A stretch of DNA of 64,000 bases, taken from assembly GCA_964188305.1 (NCBI GenBank), contig OZ076886.1; one strand, written 5' to 3'. Origin of the DNA: Podarcis bocagei (lineage: Eukaryota). Position 1 is the first letter of the stretch. The number at the start of each line of letters is the position of its first letter. The notes beneath the pieces are model-generated. The model ran no database searches. It worked only from the letters and a program-made list of their open reading frames with translations, and was not told where the DNA came from. Of this stretch, positions 58,256-64,000 are shown piece after piece. Made by a program: the position numbers and the translations under genes.

Positions 58256-60934
58256 GTTGCTAGACTACAATTCCCAGCCTGCATGTTTTGGGGGCAGACA
58301 TACAGTACTACTTTGTTTCCAGTTGATGCATGTCCTGCAGCTTCCTGCTGAAATCTTGAAACTTGTTGTACCACAAATGTTTCAGGTGTGTGTTGCTTTG
58401 AATGCACTACAGTGCAAGAGTGCCCCTCCCAATGGCAATAATGCAGAAACACTGGGCAACCATCTCAGACCAACTAATAAAGTAGACTGATAGGTGGGTG
58501 GTCCAACATAAATACTTAACTAATGCAGTATTACTGTATCAATGACATGTTGAAAAAACAAAATGAACAGCAATTTGGAGGGGCCCTAACACTGAATTGT
58601 GCCTAGAGAAAACACAACAAAAGTCACCATTGTTGACAAGGGCTAGAATAGCACCTACTCAGGAAAGTATTATTAATATAACACTATATTTGGGGTGTGG
58701 GTGTGTGCTGAGAAGCTATTTTAAATTATAACCCAAATGCATGAGACTACATGAACAACTTTTGGACATGCATGTATTATTCAACTTTTAAAGAAGCATC
58801 CAGAACACAAATCTTTTGGTTCATAATTCCTGGACTAATTTTGAGCTCTTTTGCTTTAAAAGTGAAGTGAGGGAAATGCACAGAAAGCTGTTTTGCCCCC
58901 CTTTCCCTAGCCCAGGACAAAAGCAAGGCACTGGGCCAACCGAGAAAGACTAATCAGGGTGCAAATAAGAGACTGTTCATCGCTAATCCACAGCATGGTC
59001 CATGGGGGTTGAGGGAATGGATAGGCCCCATCCTGCAAGCAGGAGACTTTAAAATAAAAAGGGACAGGATCCTTGAAACATCTCGATATGCTCTTGCCTG
59101 CTCAAACTAGACAGAGCAGTGCTACAATTGCCTTTTATTCCCACCCGCCACCAAATGGCCATCAGTCAAGATTGAAAAACCATAGGAGGCCAAAAGAGGA
59201 ACCCTGAACTGTATAGCCTTTTGAGAAAAACATTCTCTCTAGATTCTCTGTAACAAGCTACTGAACTGAAGATGGTAGTTCCAAAGAAACTGACAAATGT
59301 GGAACTAAGATGTTAGGCTTTTGACCACAACACACACTCACCCCCCCCTTCTTCCCCTTACCTGTTGGCAGTCCGTCTTCAGTCTCTACTAGGTTGTTGC
59401 TACTGCAGACACATTAAGGAGAGGCTGGGTTTTGCTTTGTTTTTTTGCCTCAAAGCAAACCAATTAAACCGAATGTCTCGATACAAACAAGGCTTTGTTT
59501 ATTGCCCTGAGAGGCAGGCTTTCAGTGCAATCACTCTTCTGTTCTTAAATACAAAGAAACGCGTTCATCTCTGGCATAGACTCCATTCACATCAATGGTT
59601 TATTACTAGGATTTAATGTGGCTCCAAAGACACACGGTAATGAGAATATAAGCACGCTGGTGAGATCCCTTCACCTCTCACTGGCCTGCATTTATTAGGA
59701 ACAAGGACACAACGTACAAAATGTGTATCGTTTGGCTTCAGGGACTGCCGAGAGGTTTTCATGATTAAGCAGCATCCAAATAGTGTTAAATAAAATCAGG
59801 AAAGAACTGGCAATAGTGGAAACACCACCTTCTCAATGCTGTTGCACAAACTCATTGATCTGAACAGAGCATACACATGTTGCAAATACCATATGCAAAT
59901 CTGTTCCAGAATCCAACCTGAAAGGAGACTTTTTGAAAGCTAGAATGAACATTAGTGGACACTGTAGCAGCTTTGGCAAAGAAGAACAGCTACGAGATAT
60001 ATTTCCAGTGACACAATTTGTTTCATTCATGTGCCTGCACCTGCGATGCCACCTTCCAACTAGCACAATAACAAGTATGCTCGGTGGGACAGGGCCCCAC
60101 TTTTCCTCCTCCCTTCCAATGCCATTTCCTTTTGTGCTTCACCTTTTAGATTGTAAGTCTGAGAGAGTAAGGAGTATGATGCTACTGATATATGTTAAGC
60201 TGCTCTGGGAGCTTTTTTCCTGAATCATGGAGTGGAAGTATTTTAGCTTTGATTCCTGCATTGCAAGGGGTCAGACTAGATGGCCCTTATAGGATTCAAA
60301 CAAGCAAATAAGCGAAGGGTGAGGATGGGTGCCAGACCCCACCATTCAGACTTTGCAGCATATGCACAATGTTGAGCAAATACAGCTGTGCCTCATGGAT
60401 CGTCCTCTGTTGGCTTTGGCAGAATAGGCAATGTCAATAGTCTTCAAGGAAGACACTTCCAAGTTCAGGTTGCATTGTTCTCTTCACGGAAAGAACCTCC
60501 TTCTTGCTTTCCCATGCAGGCATTCAAACCTTGCCTCCCAACTCTCCATGGATCAGGATGCTTGACCAAGCCAATTTAATTTACTGGATCAGGATGCTTG
60601 ACCAAGGCAATTTAATTGGCTTGAAGGCCACTAGAAGGAATTAACTGGGAGGGAATATCTAAAGCAGCCTTCTCCAAGCTGGTGCCCTCCAGATGGTCTG
60701 GACTACATTAGCCATGGCCAGCTTGACTGGGCTGGCTGGGGCTGATGGAAGCTCAGGTCCAAACCACCCAGAGGCCACCAGGCAGCTGATCTAAGAGATT
60801 TTCAGCAAGACTATTCAAAACCTTAATCTAAAGACCTACCCTCCAAGGTTGCTGTCTCTCCCAAAACCTGCACTGAAAATTCCTCATTCTTTCTGTACAG
60901 CCTCATTCACATTTGTCACCTTGTTATAATATAA

Positions 60935-60982
<48 letters not shown>

Positions 60983-60995
60983 TGTTGTTGTTGTT
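60935..60995. repeat. (AAT)n(GTT)n microsatellite
   Basis: Direct reading. Confidence 0.95.
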
Positions 60996-61090
60996 ATTTT
61001 TAATTTATATCCCACCCATCTGGCTGGGTTTCCCCAGCCACTCTGGGTGGCTTACAACACATAAAACACAACAAAACATCCAACATTAAA
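60990..61090 (-). mobile_element. L2-type 3' tail remnant next to (AAT)n
   Basis: cccacccatctggctgggtttccccagccactctggg, same tail as at 17590. Confidence 0.65.
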
Positions 61091-64000
61091 AAAACAAGAT
61101 ATCCTATACAAGCAACAAACAGACCAATAAAACAATAAAATCAATAACAATAATAACAAGCAGTTTACAGTTATACCCAAATTAAAGTAACCGCCAACCC
61201 CAACTAAACGTTTAACCAACACCAACCCAAGAAAAATGAAACAGAGGAACCAAAATTAGAACCATTTAAAACATTTTAAAACATTTTAGCCAGTTGCCCC
61301 AACCCAAGAGTTGTTCCAACAATGTCCCAGTGGCCTCTTTTAGCTGTTCAGGGTGAGTAGTGAGCCCCGAACCCTAGGCCAGGTGGAAATGGGCCTTTCA
61401 GCAGGGAGCAGGTCTTTCTTCCAGCACTCAGGCACCATGCTATCAAGATTTTGAAAAACATAAAACCTTTGAACAGTATTTACTTCACCAGCACACGCCA
61501 TAAGCACATCTGAAACCACCCGGGGTGGTGCATACATAGTTGTGGCCAATATAGGAAGGATGAGGCTTACAAGAATTTCTTAGAAATGCAGTGCACTGTG
61601 AGCCACATACTTCTGCACTCACGATCAGTTTTATCCTCATGTTTCCTTTTCTCTCACTTGAAGAAGAGGAAATGGTTGAAAACTAAACAAATCTTATACA
61701 AGACAGAAAAAAATATAGCTCGCTCCATTTGCAGTAACAATAATGACCTACTTATCAGTGTGGGCATAAAAGACAGGAAAAGATTATAGAAAGTGAATTA
61801 TGAAGTAGATCACTGCAGTCTTTTTTGTTCTGGGAGTTGAATTGCAAGGCTCAGAGACATTTGGGGGAAATACAGTCTGCAGGCAGCTGCAGCCTCTGTC
61901 ACCAGAACCAGGTTGAGCATGGCTGGTTCACCACCCCAATGGAAGGGTGAAAGACCATCATCATCTGGTAAAGTTACTGTGTGTGAGCACACACACCTGC
62001 ACAAATGCATGCACACGTATGCAGGCAGGCCAGTAGGCACCTTGCCAAGGATCCCCTGAGAAAATCCAGTCCACATCCAGTACATTATTTGCAGTGGAAG
62101 CACCATCAATTAACTTTGCTCAAGCTTTGAGAAAGTCTAACGTATGGATGAATTCCAGCTTTGCAACCTCTTGCATTATTCCACATCTCAAGCTGCCCAG
62201 AGACCTTAAGATCAGAGACAGAGTATCCACAGAGCCCCAAATGCTCTGTTGTTGTTCCTGTGCACTCAGAGTCTTAAATATGCTCCTTTAAACACACAGG
62301 GACCAAAACAAAGCAATCAAAAGGGCCTGTTGGAAGTTTGTTTACTAACATGCAAGTGGATTTACTCTTTCACAGATGGACCGATAACCACTATCCTGAC
62401 AATATCATTACAAATGCCAAAATACATATATGTGTAGGTCCTCTAAATTAACACAAGCTCAAATCAGATGATACATCTCCCCTGGTCCAGCCCAGAGCAT
62501 GGAAGGGAGAAAGCATGTGCAGCTGCTCCACATGCACTGTGTGTGTTAGCCCTGCCTCCTCCATATGGATTGTGTGAATGCCACCTAACCATCTTTCAGC
62601 CAACAAACTTGGGTGAAAAGTCATATGGACCATTTGCTATGTGAAAGGAGGAACTCAACCACATGATTTGCAGCTGTGTGTGTTGAACTGTATGCACAGA
62701 TGTCAGCATTTGTATGTTCTGTTCCCATATGTAGCTCAGTGTTACGAGCATCTGCTTTGCATGCCCTGGCATCTTCAGGCAGGTGGCAAATATCTCCCAT
62801 CTGAAGCCCTGGAGAGCTGCTACCCATAAGTGTAGAAGACAATAATGTGCAAGATGGACCAGTGCTCTGACTCAAGGCAGATTCGTTTGTGCATATGGGG
62901 ATGGAAAAGGAAGGGCTGGCATACTGGGAGGAGTTGTGTGCACTCCCCCCTCCCCCCCCCCGTCCTCATTGAGCTGGATCGGGGAAGACATATCCAATGC
63001 ATTGCACATATTGCCACAAAGCAAAAACAGAGTGCAATTTATTCCAAGGAAAGAATTGCAAGAATTAAGGAATGGGCACTGCTAGTCAACAGGGAGTCTC
63101 ATTCTTAGGTGTAACCCCTTGGCTACAAAGGAAAGTTTGCCTCCTATATCCATGTGCTCCTTCAAAAACTGAGTTCTAACATGAAATGTTAACTCTTTGA
63201 TTTGATGGCACCAGAGCCAGATAGCATGGTTATTTATGCATTGCCAAAAAAGGTGAAAAAGACAAAATACATCACAAAAAAATGTGTTGAATTATGTCTG
63301 GGCATAAATCTAACTTAGCCACACACCCTCTACTTATCATTCTGTGTGTCATGCCTGAAACCAACAGGTAACAGTATTGACCTCTTTCACAGAACTGAAG
63401 GAATTAATGTTTGCCAATGGCTTTGTATTTTTAATGTGCTGCTAAAACACCAGTTTAACTGATCATTAATAAACTCAGGTGTAAAGGGAAAGGAAAGATT
63501 CTGGAATCCAGAATTCAAGGTTGTTAGGGGGCTCATTTTGTTTTGTTTTGTTTTTTAAAAAAACTTGATTAAAATGTTATGGGTCATTTGAATAAGGATG
63601 TCTTGCAATAGCTTATTTCATCTGTGAACAACCAGGATGGGAGATGGTCTTACTGTGTTTCAAAACTGTGTAGCCATGAACGTTTTTGAAAGGAACTAGA
63701 AGCTGACCTCATTACCGTGCAAAAAATTATTCATGAAATTGTTTGTGAAGCTGACAAATGTGGATTAAACTTTTTTTAAAAAAGAAAACAAGCACAAACA
63801 ATTTTAAAGAGGTTGCATTTAACCCACAAGAACCACTTGTCGTAACCAGAGCATCCTGCTATGGGTACCTCAGAAGCAAAATATGGCCAAATCATCAACC
63901 CATGAAGTTACTGAAGAGCTAATTGGGTTAAACAAACAATGTAAGTGCAGGGGTGGATACATGGAAGTGGGAAGAGGTATCTCAGAAACATCTGTGCATA

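Overview
Vertebrate nuclear DNA from a squamate, most likely a lacertid lizard (judged from Sauria/Squam1-type SINEs and lizard-type L1, CR1, L2, BovB, Penelope and MITE families). The minus strand carries the tandem PI3K-gamma adaptor genes. PIK3R5 (p101) has a complete CDS in 18 coding exons (50011 down to 25211; 2652 nt, 883 aa, all GT-AG, frame consistent). PIK3R6 (p84/p87) has a probable CpG-island promoter at about 15.2-16.0 kb and its first four coding exons at 2603 down to 152; it continues past the window start. The rest is introns and intergenic DNA rich in transposable elements, several young enough to keep perfect TSDs. The best finding lies just downstream of the PIK3R5 stop: a young 5'-truncated L1 fused head-to-head to the 5' 44 nt of U5 snRNA, both inside one 16-bp TSD, which is the footprint expected from twin priming on a spliceosomal RNA. 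Also notable are a Penelope insertion with inverted pLTRs carrying two minimal hammerhead ribozyme motifs, an overlapping uORF on PIK3R6, and some oddly rearranged SINE copies. All identifications were made by eye against remembered sequences; no searches were run.
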